From Dicyema japonicum (taxonomy: Eukaryota; Animalia; Dicyemida): DNA of 64,000 nt. The notes below the pieces were generated by a model that saw only the letters and a list, made by a program, of their open reading frames with translations, was not told the DNA's origin and ran no database searches. This document shows positions 12,105 to 23,246 of the stretch, in pieces (within the stretch, counting starts at the first letter, position 1; every line of letters begins with the position of its first letter). A program made the position numbers and the translations under genes. Where the stretch lies: contig RDEW01000005.1 of the NCBI GenBank assembly GCA_011109175.1, positions 1,856,657 to 1,920,656 of the forward strand, written 5' to 3'.

Positions 12105-13310
12105 TTATTATTATTATAGATAGCACTTATCGCTTTGTCATAGGACTTGACAAAGCATGTGCAACACAAGTTAGCAAATCACTGGTTAGTTTCATCCACT
12201 TCCTCCTATTCAAAGCCGCAGTGCGCAACCTGTCAAGATCCTCTCCACTTCCAAGATGCCGTCCCATTTTTTTGAGGTCCTCGTCGAGAACGACTGCTAG
12301 TGTCGTCCTTGGGCGACCCCGGAATCGGGGGCCTCCAACATGAAGTAATCCTCCATGGCTACGTTCGCGGGGGCATCTAGGTCCAGTCGCAAAATATGTC
12401 CGAAAAGCCTCCATCGTGTATCCAGAATCTCATTAGAAATTTCTGAGGTCTTTGTCCTCTTATAAAGAAGATTAGCTGACATCCTCGTATCACTTTTTGC
12501 GGACATCATATGCCGTAGTTGGTCTCTATGAAACGCATTAAGTCTCTTCAGTTCATTTCTTGAGCAGGCCCAGGTATCAGCGTTATACAGTAGTATGGGT
12601 TTCACTAGCGAGTTTTCTAATCGAGTTTTTGTTATAATGTCAAGACCCTATTGGTGGAGCCAGGTGTTCTTTAATCTGGAGAGAGCAGTTTGTGCTAGGG
12701 TTTTTCTTCTTGTAATTTCTTCATGGTCTCCTAGAAGGGAGCCAAGCTTTTTGCACTTGCGCCAGTACTCCTCCGTCCTTGTTTCTTCCCTCTTGAGTTC
12801 AGTTACCTCAGTCTTGTCCGGATTTACTGCTAGGAACCATTCGGCTAGTCTTCCAGGCACTTCTTCCATCAAGCGGGTGAGCGGTATTTTGTCGTTTAAA
12901 ATAAAGTCTAAGTCGTCAGCATACGCAATAATGTTTGTCTCTTCACCCATTATCGGTTTTGACTCCCGTAAAGCACCTTCAAGGTATATGACAAAAAAAA
13001 TAGGTGATAATGGGTCTCCCTGTGGAGTGCCAACAGTCGTCTCAAATCGGCGAGACAGGGCTCCCCCGACTCTTGAAGTGAGCCAAATATCAGCTAGGAG
13101 GGTGGTGGCCATTCTGACAGTGGAAGCGTCTAGGAAACTCCCCAGAACCAGTATTAGCCTCCGTCTATCGACAGAGTCGAAGGCCCTCGAAATGTCGATT
13201 CCGAGGATGGTTGCAGACATTTTGAACTTTTGAGCGGCCGCAGATCTCCACTTGTGGGACCAAAAAACATCGGAAGTAGATCTTCCTTTTCGGAATCCGC
13301 GCCATGTTAT
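12105..13310 (-). mobile_element. RTE-clade LINE, 5'-truncated, relatively young, with (TAA)n tail
   Basis: GFRKGRST, GIDISRAFDSVD, GTPQGDPLSPIFF, IAYADDLDF, KKLGSLLG, KPILLYNADTW, RWRLFGHILR and RGRPRTTL. One in-frame TAG, one frameshift, and an ATAATAATAATAAAA tail near 12105-12120. Confidence 0.88.
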
Positions 13311-13477
13311 AATATGTTTTAATTGAGAATGAATGAGAATGAAAAAGGAAAAAAATTATTAAAATTCTTAACGAGAACCTTAATATTTTAATAAGTTTAT
13401 TTAAAAAATTATAGTCAAAATTTAAAAACGTAATCATTTTTGTGGAGTTTCGTGATGATTTTCTATTTATAGAATAA

Positions 13478-16347
13478 ATGTACAACTACGATTCAGGACA
13501 GTATTATAACCATGATCCATACCAGAATAATTACGGCAACCAGTTTCCAAGTAACAATCAGCCATATCAGCAACAAGTAATTGTTAGCTTATATCATAGA
13601 TGGCCCAGCAGCCCCAAAACAGTTACGACACCAACAAAATCTCAGAAAATGATAAATTTCCCTCCGTGGTATGTCAAAATATTTATATAGATTGACCATC
13701 TTGCGGCTTCCAGGTCAAACGTATCTGTATACGAGACTTCTAAATGCCGAGATTTTCCGCCAATTCCAGGACACAATTATAAAGTGCTAGACAAAGGCTG
13801 TGCTTCCCCTCGCTTCGTCAGATCCGTGTACCACATATTTCCATCAACTACCGACCTTGCTAAGAAGTTGACGATCCCCCTTGGACTTATTGTCCAGCCA
13901 TGTGCCCAACTATACCCGGAAGAGGTCTGTGCTCTATATATTTCAGAACTTCCTTCTCCTATTAACATGTCCTCCAAAGAGGGCGTCCCCAAGTGTCTCA
14001 GCTGTAAGTGCTACGCTAGCCCCTTCATCAAGTTTCACAACGGGGGATGCAAGTTTTTGTGTCCATTTTGCAGAGTTGTCAATGATGGTATCTTTGTCTC
14101 ATTATTCCAGTACCTGAGGAGGATGTGTCTTCGCTCGATTACATGGGCGTCCCCCTGAATATCTTAGAGAGACCCGACCTTAGATTTGGATCTTATGAAT
14201 ATATAATCAGGCCAGATCACTGTCAGGTCGAAGGTTCGGTCCATTTGTAGGAAAAAAGAGTGGCTCGACCTCCTGTCTTCATTTTCATGCTGGATGTGTC
14301 TTATTTGAACGTAAATAACGGACTTTTGGACTATTTCTGTACAAATTTAAAGTCATGCGTTCTTTCTCTTCTCCCACGGTAAGTTTACTCTTAATGGTCA
14401 GCCAGGGAACAGAGGAGTCCCCTGTTGAGGTAGCATTCGTCACATATGACAACAAGATCACCCTCTACGGATACTCTGTACTGGTTACTCTAATAAATAG
14501 TTTGACCTGAAGAGACCAATTATGATAACTTTGACGGACGTTGAGGAAGTATGTCTACCAATGGAAACATCTCGCTTTTTAATGAAGCCCTGTGATGTAG
14601 GAATGCAGATTGACAGGTTTTTATTTTGGTTATTTTCAGTATTCTAGATCTGATTAGGGAGGAGAATTGCAAGAATACTGTCTCTGAATCCATTCTTGGC
14701 CCAGTAATCAACCTGGGAGTCGAGATGATATCTTCATTGAAGGGATGCGGACGACTATATGTCTTCCACTCAACTCTTCCTACCGCGAAAGCTCCAGGGT
14801 CGCTCCATATTCGCGGAGGGGCCAACGTCTACAGTAAAAAGCCATCTGTAAATCCGATTGGTCATTATAGGACTTGCTGATTCCCCAAAACAAGTACTAC
14901 GAAAAATTGGGGGTACTGCTGTACTCACGGCTGCTCAGTGGAACTCTTTCTGTTCCCTAACTCGTTCTGTGATTTAGTCACCCTCTCATCTCTCTGCACA
15001 AAAACAGGGGGGAAGATGTACAAATACGACTCATTCCAGGTAGTCTTTTTTTTCTATGTGAATAGGTCGAGACAGATGGATTGCGCTTTATGAGGGACCT
15101 TCAAATGAATATAACTGCGTTAAACCAGTGCTTTGATTGTTCGTTCACAGTTAAAACCTGTCTGGGTGGGGCTTTCTCTATAATTGATAGAATTGAAAGA
15201 TGTTGACTCTTTTGGCTGTTTCACGAGATCTCAGTGTATGGGAATCCAGGATGTGGCTGTAATCGACCAATATTCGTCGTTTGGAATAGAACTATCCTTA
15301 TACGATAACTTCCCTGAGTCAGGGTTCGCCTACGTGCAGGTTTGGGTAAAATTTAGCTCAGTTTGCCATGGTTTACACGAGTTTATGTGGAGACAGACGA
15401 ATAAGAGTGCACAATGTGGCGTATGCTGTGTCCAATGTCACTAAGAATGTCATGAATGTGGTGGACTGTTTTGCCACAGCCATGATTCTTTGCAAGAGGT
15501 CCCTGAGTTTGGCCTTCTCCAAGAGTTTTGATGACGTCGAGAATTCGATTGTAAAGACCATTGGGATGTCTTTGGCTCAGTTCAGCAAGGACGGAAATTC
15601 TCGTTCTTTATCGTCCCTGAACCTTCCAACATGTATTCAGATTTTACCCATTTTGACCCTCGGATTTCTTAAAATACAATGTTTTCTTCAAGGTTAGCGT
15701 TCCCGTTCATAGTAGACACCCTTGACTATGATGAAATCTCCATCTGCCATAGTTGTCTAATGATGTCCTCTGTGGATACAGTCGTCCCTTATTTTTACCC
15801 CTTCGTCTATGACTTGGTTTTTGTTGCTGTTATTTTAGCACGGAGATCAGTTTTTTTTGCTTAGAGACGTTGGATTATCTCTTGAGGAGTGGCACAATAA
15901 GGCCGATTCCCTGCGATTCCGCCAAATTAGAGAGGAACAAAGCTTATTTAATTGGTTTTAAATAAATTTAATCTAAGATTCTGGTTTTAGGCACATTTTG
16001 TGGATTGGGGAACAGGTAGACCACAATTGGCTTGTCAATGTTACCGGGAAATATTCGCTTAGCGACATTGACTCTTCTTCTCTTCATAAGGTGCTTTTGC
16101 CTTTCATTGTAGAATTTTCTGAGACGGTACGACAGTCTTCAGTCACGTGGCTTGTTCATGTTGATTGATTGGCTATCGATTGGTCGTTCACATCAACCAA
16201 AGGTTGTTGAGATATTTATTTCAGTTTTTATTGACCCGCGGAGGTGGTAATGTTCAAAACTTGTTGGTGGAGAACGCTGGAATTGTTAAGGGAAAATCAT
16301 ATAAAGATTATTTGATGGCCATACATTATATTACTTCTGAGAATTAA
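13478..16347 (+). CDS. SEC24: COPII cargo adaptor Sec24C/D, many 22-24 nt introns
   Basis: Tyr/Gln-rich N-terminus, GCASPRFVRS, zinc finger CLSCKCY..P...CPFC, PPVFIFMLDVSY, GCSVELFLFP..TGG..YKY..FQ and C-terminal KSYKDYL. Introns include 13577-13599 and 14227-14250. Confidence 0.92.
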
Positions 16348-16434
16348 TTATCTATACTATAAAACACTTAATTTTTTGTGTTTTTTATTGTGCATGTGTC
16401 GTAGGTGGTATTCATTCCTTAAGGTAATTTCTGC

Positions 16435-16620
16435 TACTCATTATTATTATTATTACTAAAAGCACTCCCGAGAAAACATAAAGTTAATTAAGTTTCCCGA
16501 CTTCTGAATCATCTTTTCCGTCAGCGAGGACCTTGATCTTCTGTTGCGCGCTAGTTCTCTTAGGTCGTGCGTCAAAAAGTCTTTATTTAAGATAGTTGGA
16601 AGTGTAGTTCTTGATCTTCC
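16435..16620 (-). mobile_element. RTE 3' end fragment with (TAA)n tail
   Basis: Nucleotide similarity to 38930-39000 (CTGTTGCGC-CTAGTTCTCTTAGGT) and an adjacent TTA repeat. Confidence 0.6.
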
Positions 16621-17454
16621 ACGGAATCCGTATCCTCTGTGTCAAGTAGTTGTCTATTGCGGCATTTTTACTACTGAGATCAAAAAATTGGGGAAAAATG
16701 ATGTTTTGATTAAAGCAATGTTAGAGGGACCATGATGTATTACCCTCGACTTATAAATGGTCTGAAATTCACTTTAAATGTGGTATAAATGACATTGAGA
16801 TCAAACTGCATTCTGGAATGGTTCCAAAATTAGGACCTAAAAATTAACTTTAGCAAAAAGAAGTACTAATGATTTTTATTATCCGACCACAACCTTTATA
16901 AAACTTATTTAGCTAAATTGAATTTCACTGTCCATAAAATTAAAAAATAGTTAAATTTGGCAAGTGTTCAGACGTTTTCACGTAATGGACGGTGACATTT
17001 TTAATTGGGATATCTTTGGACAAATTGATTTTGTTGATGATTTCCCCTTAGGCAAGTAATAAGGATTTTTAGTTATGTTTTTTTGATATGAACATAATTT
17101 TCATCGTCTCTATACCGCAGTGTTGCTGAGTGAAATAGACGTTTTATGAAGGTTTGTGAGTTTTTAACACTTCTCATTTTGATAGTATCATAAGTTCTAC
17201 TAGACTTTCCCGATTTGGCAATAAATAAAGCGACAGTCATTGTTAAATATGGAAATATCACCTCCATCTTCTGTTGTGTTTTTCACAGTTCTTAGGAAAA
17301 CCCCACAAGTTCGTTATATTTATAATCTATATTCATCTATATTCTTATACTGGTAGTTTGGAACGATGATAATTTTAAAATACTGGTTTGCCTTGTTCGT
17401 CCTGAAATCCGACGCACTTACTGTACGCTTATGTTATTTGTGGAAACCTTAGAG

Positions 17455-18400
17455 CAGTGTTTCTTAACCTTTTTGACCGGGGACCACTTTAGTCTGTTGA
17501 ATTTTTCTGGGGACCACATGTAACAAAACAATTTAATAAAAAAAATAACAAAATTAAAAAATCATAATATTTAGAGTTAATGTGATATTTGATCCTGCTT
17601 TTCAGAAACTAGCTGTTCAATTTTTGGTACAATGTTGATAAGTGCCATTCTCATATCGTCTTCCACGTTAAGTCGGTTGCGAACTTTACTTTTCAGAATA
17701 ACAAGACATTCCCATTTCACATAAATAAGTGGTTGGAAAGGGAATTATCACTTCCAGTGCATTATTACTTAAGATTGGATATAACATAAATCCAGAATTC
17801 CATAATAGAAAGCGAATCAAATGTCAACTTGCAAAACTGCGAATTTCGCAATTCAATCAACTGTTCTTGGAAGTCAATTTCTTTAATTTCTTGGCCGTCG
17901 TAAATTAATTTATTGGTTTCCGGAATAAAAGGGTGTATTATCCAAGTCGCAATTGGTTCAGTAACTGGGAAATAATCTCCAATTTTATTTTCAAGATGAT
18001 CAATAATCAAAGAAAACCATTTTTCATTTTCATTATCACCAATCTTATTTTCTACCATCGAAACATTGAAGCGTTGTTATTTCGCATTTTTCTCCTCCAT
18101 GTGACAATTTTTCTTAAAACGCAGACATTTTCATTATTAACATAAATAATTAATAAAAATACTTTGTAGTGATAAGTTTAATTTATTAAAAATACAAAAT
18201 ATGTCAGATAATATAGTTTAAGCACGAAAATATTGTTGTTAAATAAATCGGCAAATTCGGTCGACCCAATATCTCGTAAAAATAAACTAATGGCATTTGA
18301 CAGCTCGGCAACCCGTGATAGTACCTCTTGATAACCAACGTACTTCAGTATGAAAAAAAGCACTGAATGATATGTTCCTAATTCTTCACAGAGTATTTTA
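17455..18400 (-). mobile_element. hAT (Buster/Charlie) transposon remnant with one terminal inverted repeat
   Basis: Terminal CAGTGTTTCTTAACCTTTTT at 17455, preceded by CCTTAGAG, which fits the nnnTAnnn Buster target consensus. Transposase fragments VLSRVAELSNAISLFL and WIIHPF...QEQLIEL...EFW. Confidence 0.8.
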
Positions 18401-18792
18401 AAAAGTCGATGATTTGTGGCTTCTCCAATTGATCTCTGTTGAATTTTTGTGTTTTTAATAAAGTTTATTTTTATTTATTTAACCCAAGACCACAGTAAAA
18501 CAAAACTAATTATCACGTGATCCCGATGCATTTTAACAGAGATCTCAACTTTGCCTGTTGTTCTTCCTAAATTTATTAAAAAGATTAAGTCCGTAAAAAA
18601 ATCCTGGCGAATTTTTTTATTAACTTTATTGTGATGTGAGTTGTTGTGGAGAGACTTGTGTTAAAATCGATTCATAAACTTAAGTTATAAGGATATGTCG
18701 CGTGGCTAACCAATGATGTGGTTGCATTGCACACTAGATGTGGAAAAGAGCCACAAATCCCTTTCTCCTGGATACATGGATGGTGTCGTCCA

Positions 18793-18940
18793 TTCCTGAT
18801 TATTTCCGGTGATATCGAACCTAATCCATTATTGCCCAAATCAACATAGATGGAATTCGAACAAAGATCATCGAACTACGACGCTTTATTCAATCCAACT
18901 TTGTGGATATCACCTTAGTAGGGGCCGAAGGTAACTCCGA
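18793..18940 (+). mobile_element. LINE 5' remnant: 2A-like peptide followed by AP-endonuclease start
   Basis: FLIISGDIEPNP at 18793-18828 is followed, after a frameshift, by NIDGIRTKIIELRRFIQSNFVDI. Confidence 0.55.
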
Positions 18941-19049
18941 GGATCTTCTGGGTTTTGTTTTGCGGGATAGTTTTTCCGTCTAACTCGACGTCAACTAATA
19001 GCTTCCCCAGTCTTCTGTTTGACGTGAAAAGGGTCAAAATTGACTTTCA

Positions 19050-19750
19050 GAAATTGCTCTCAATTGACTCCCACAAAGCCACAAACTCAGATTATTCAGG
19101 CTGTCATGTAATCTTCGCATTACGTCGATAATAACATCTGTCGATGCAACAATCCGAGTAGGAAAGTAATGTGTCGTTGTGACCTTGTGGAATTGGTAGG
19201 TCATTCGTCATAAGATTGAATAAGAGGAAAGATAATTGGGAACCCTGAGGAACGCCATTTGGTAATAGTCGTGGAACATCGATTACCCTGGCGTACACCC
19301 CCCGGCGACTGTTCAAGAAATTCCCAAACCGTAAATTTAGATTTTCGTCACTGTTCGACAAATAAATTTTGTGAGTGATGATCTTCCTCTGAATAGAGTC
19401 ACATGCCTTCTGATGTCGATTATTATTATTAAAAACCAAAAAACACCGACAAATTAAATAACTACATGGCCGTCAGGTGATGTCGGCCGACTTGAGTAGC
19501 CATCTCATTCTTGCTCGGTGTTCTTCCCGGGTTCCAACTCATTTCCGGATTGGGCGGGGGTTTCTAACTTTTTTGGAGGGTAGTAAGGCTCCAGTTTTCC
19601 TGACTAATTCTTCAAAAGGTGTAGGGTTTATTGAGCAGATAATCGACTTTTCCTGCCCGAGTCTTTTGTTTAGGCCATCTGTTATGAATTCCTTAATGTA
19701 TGTAGTTGTGAGACAATTAATTAATTTAATCATACCAGTCGTTCAAGAAA
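19050..19750 (-). mobile_element. Decayed LINE RT and 3' fragments
   Basis: GVPQGSQLSFLLFNLMTNDLP and KACDSI; (TAA)n tract at about 19420. Confidence 0.65.
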
Positions 19751-19784
19751 GTTTTAAATATTTTCCATTGTTATTATCAAGCAA

Positions 19785-20110
19785 CGGTTGACGGCCAAGA
19801 GGCCTTAAGGTCGCTAGTTCGAATCCCGATACTGTACATTTCGATAAAGGTTCCACGCATCTCTATGATGTCGGAAACGCAGTAGACACATTGGCTTGAC
19901 GAGTGACTCCGTCATCAGTGAACATTTTACTGCGGAACCAGATCGTCTATATTGAACATACACCCAAAAAAAGAAAACAAAGAAATGGAGAGCATTCCTT
20001 GATTCTCCCTCATCGATTAGCTATGATAACTGTTCTTGGCTTAAAATAAAGTGTGTGTTCTGCCTGAGGGGAACGATATCTGATATGGCTCCTCGGAAAG
20101 TGCATTGTTT
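19785..20110 (+). mobile_element. tRNA-derived SINE-like element, copy 1
   Basis: A-box-like TGACGGCCAAGAGG and B-box AGTTCGAATCCC. The body aligns by eye with the reverse complement of 25000-25265. Confidence 0.6.
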
Positions 20111-20444
20111 TTTTGTTATTATCAACGCATGGGTTAAAAATTTGTGTATGGAACTTCACCAAATAAACATTAAAGAATATGCTTTACAAGGGGGGGTTCA
20201 TTGGATACTCATTAGGTATCTTTAGAGAATTTTTGAATCTCCGTACTTTGTAAGGGAATTAAGGTCCATCGACTGGAAATTCAATGATGTTTGTAGTAAA
20301 ATTAGCTGATTCAAAGTAACAATTCCACAACGCATTTCATAAATGAAACTATTAGCGGTTTTAATTTATCACATGAAAATGAGAGAGAAGTTTGGTAGTA
20401 AAGTAACTAAACACAAACATGGAATAAAAGTGTCCGAAGGGTTC

Positions 20445-20645
20445 CCATTCAAAAATGGCCTCCAATTAATTTTCTCAGGTTTTGGATAAGTTCATCAATA
20501 AACATCACGAGATATTTTAGCAAGGTCCTCGACATCTTTAGGTAAAAAGTCATCTTTTTTAAATTTTATAAAAATTAATTTTAAGGGGGTATGTGGAGTG
20601 GAACCAAGGTCCTCGACATCTTTAGGTAAAAAAGTTATCTTTTTT
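20445..20645 (+). repeat. Left arm of long inverted repeat (foldback-like), with two sub-repeats
   Basis: CCATTCAAAAATGGCCTCCAATTAATT...CATCACGAGAT and CAAGGTCCTCGACATCTTTAGGTAAAAAG (twice) are reverse complements of 22990-23246. Confidence 0.85.
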
Positions 20646-20824
20646 AATATATTTATTTTAACTTTAAAATGAAAGATTTTTTTTCAAAAGGAAAAAAAGG
20701 AAATAATTATAAATGTTAGTAGAATACATATTCTACTAAATTGAATATATTTTCTATCGGATCCATTTTAAAGCAACATTTGTTCTTAAACAAATCTCAA
20801 GATATTCTCAGATAAAGCAATATA

Positions 20825-22651
20825 CAGTAGGACCCCCGCCCCAATAGAAAAGTGCCCCAAATATAGAAGGTGCCCCAAATATAGAGAGTATACTAAATTA
20901 TTACATTTTTAACCTCTCTATTCGTATTTTTAAATAATTATTTTTACAATACAATGTTTTGCTTCATATTGCAAAAAGGAATCAATTTATTTATGAAAAA
21001 TAATCAGTTATTTTGTTCCCAATGGAATATTTGTTTCTTAGCATTTTTGAAATTTTAATCCTAAATTCATAGTATTCTTTAAGCCCTTCAGGACAAATGT
21101 TAAATAATGAAGATTCAAGATTATTCATAATTTTTATTGTATCTTTTAAATATAGCCCATCCATCTCATTATTTCCATTATACAAAGCCTCATTGTCTTC
21201 TATTCCATTTATTTCAAGTTCTGTTAAATCTGAAATATGTTCATCAATTAATTCGGATTCTTTTTTTGAATTTGTTTCATGGACAAATGTTCTTTGCTCA
21301 TTTATCTTTTTCCAACAATTCAATATTGTAGTTTTTGTTACACGAGTCCATGCTTCTCCCACAAATGCGACTACTTGTCTCATATTGATCTTCAACAGGG
21401 CATCATAGTATTCATTAGCATCGTCAAGACATATCATTTCATAAAGAACATTCTTATAACATGATTTGAATGAGTTTATGATCCCCATATCTAAAGGTTG
21501 AAGAAGTGCTGTTGTGTTTTTAGGAAGTTTAAGAAATGATAAGTTTGAATATTCCTGACATTTGTGACAACGTGCATTATCCATAATAATCAAAATTTTC
21601 CTGTTTTTTTGAACCATTTCGAAGTTTTTTTTTGTAGCCATGTATCAAAAATATCCATCGTCATCCATGCATTTTTTGAAGCTGTATATAGAACCTAAAA
21701 TTAACCCAACACAATATACCCCATAATCTTCTGTATTTATGTTTTTTAAGCATCTTGGGGATTTGAATTTCCCGATAACAAGGGGTTTTAATTTCTCGCC
21801 TTCACGGCTGCAGCATAAAAGAACTGAAACTCGTTCTTTACTTTTCGTTTTACCAAAACAATCATCATTTGAAGAGACAAATGATCTACATGAATTTTTT
21901 TAATAAAAAGAGAAGTTTCGTCGCAGTTAAAAATATCTTTTTTATCGTATTCCTCAAATAAACTGTCGTAATTGTTAAAAAACTCTTTAAGTTTTTTTTG
22001 TCGGATGAGTTTTTTTCACCCGAAATTACTTTGAATAGTAATTCATGTCGCTTTTTAAATCGATCAAGCCATCCATTTGATGCCTTGAAATCATTAAACT
22101 CAAATTTGGCAGCAATCTTTTTTGCAATATTTTTGAGGAGACATCCAGATACTGAAATCCCATCCTTTCTCAAATTGTTGAAGACTTCGAATACTAGTCG
22201 ATCAATTTGAATAGAAAGGTCGGATTCAAACTTCTTGCATGAAACTTCCTCAAAAAATACTTCTTTGTTTAACGAAATATTTTCCTTTCCAATTTCTTTT
22301 TAATTCGAGAAACAGTTCCTTTTCCAATCTTGTATAATCGACAAATTTTTCTTTCTGACATATTTTGATTTATTAAAGAATCGAAAATCTGTTGTTTCAA
22401 ATGACGACTAAGCTTCGCAGGCATGCTGACAATTATTTGAAAATTAATAAATTAAAGATAAAAATTAAATAATAGATTTTTAAATTTTCTATAGAGAAAG
22501 TGCCCCAAAAAGCGGGGTTTTTATTTTGAATTTATTGAACGAAAAATGTGAAAAAATGTAAAAGATCATTTATAATTATATTTATTTAAAAAATCGCCCC
22601 AAATACAGAGGGTGCCCCAGGGCCGGGGTTTGATTGGGGCGGGGTCCTACT
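20825..22651 (-). mobile_element. pogo/Tigger DNA transposon with TIRs and TA target duplication
   Basis: TA-CAGTAGGACCCCCGCCCCAAT on the left and ATTGGGGCGGGGTCCTACT-TA on the right (terminal G missing). Subterminal GTGCCCCAAATATAGA repeats. Confidence 0.9.
20991..22424 (-). CDS. pogo transposase (CENP-B-type HTH plus DDE_1, DD29D spacing) with one 25-nt intron
   Basis: FKASNGWLDRFKKRH, IFNCDET, KNAWMT, IIMDNARCH and LQPLDMGII. Intron at 21695-21719. Four frameshifts, each fixed by adding one A to an A-run. Confidence 0.85.
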
Positions 22652-22900
22652 TATTTTTAGTTTTTCTAAGAATTTTTTCTCCATTTTTGTAATCTTAAGA
22701 ATTTTATCATTATGCCTTATTTATTAATTTCTTTACAAAATTTCTTGGAGTCTTGTTTAGTGTCCAAATGTTTGGTTAACGAGAAAACGGCATTCATAGT
22801 GAATCAAATTGATTAGTTAAATTATTCAAAAGTTTTATTATTAAAAGAAATTAAGAGACAATAACTCATTAAATTAAGTTATAATAAATATAATTAATTA

Positions 22901-23246
22901 CCCACTTACCCATTAGGAACCCTTAAAATCAATTTTTTGTAAGATTTAAAAAAGATGAATTTTTCACCTAAAGATGTCGAGATTTTAGGCAAAATGTACC
23001 ACTTACCCATACGACCCTTAAAATCAATTTTTATAAGATTTAAAAAAGATGACTTTTTACCTAAAGATGTCGAGGACCTTGGTAAAATGTTCCACTTACC
23101 CATAAAACCCCTTAAAATCAATTTTATAAGATTTAAAAAAGATGACTTTTTTAACCTAAAGATGTCGTTTCGCTAAATCTCGTGATGTTTTATTTATGAA
23201 ACTTATCCAAACCTGAAAAAAATTAATTGGAGGCCATTTTGAATGG
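22901..23246 (-). repeat. Right arm of inverted repeat including about 3 tandem units of 93-97 bp
   Basis: CCACTTACCCAT recurs at about 22902, 22999 and 23092. The unit contains TTAAAATCAATTTT...AAAAAAGATGACTTTTTACCTAAAGATGTCGAG. Confidence 0.88.

Noticed and set aside
16950-17267. Copia RNase H-like HYVKTSEHL segment
   Set aside because: A single short motif without the supporting KHID or ADxxTK context.
19785-19850. Possible tRNA gene
   Set aside because: A and B boxes are present, but there is no anticodon arm or full acceptor stem, and a diverged copy with a shared 3' body exists. It is therefore a SINE head.
22906-23176. Repetitive ORFs on both strands (71 and 73 aa)
   Set aside because: They are translations of the 93-97 bp tandem units in the inverted-repeat arm, not genes.
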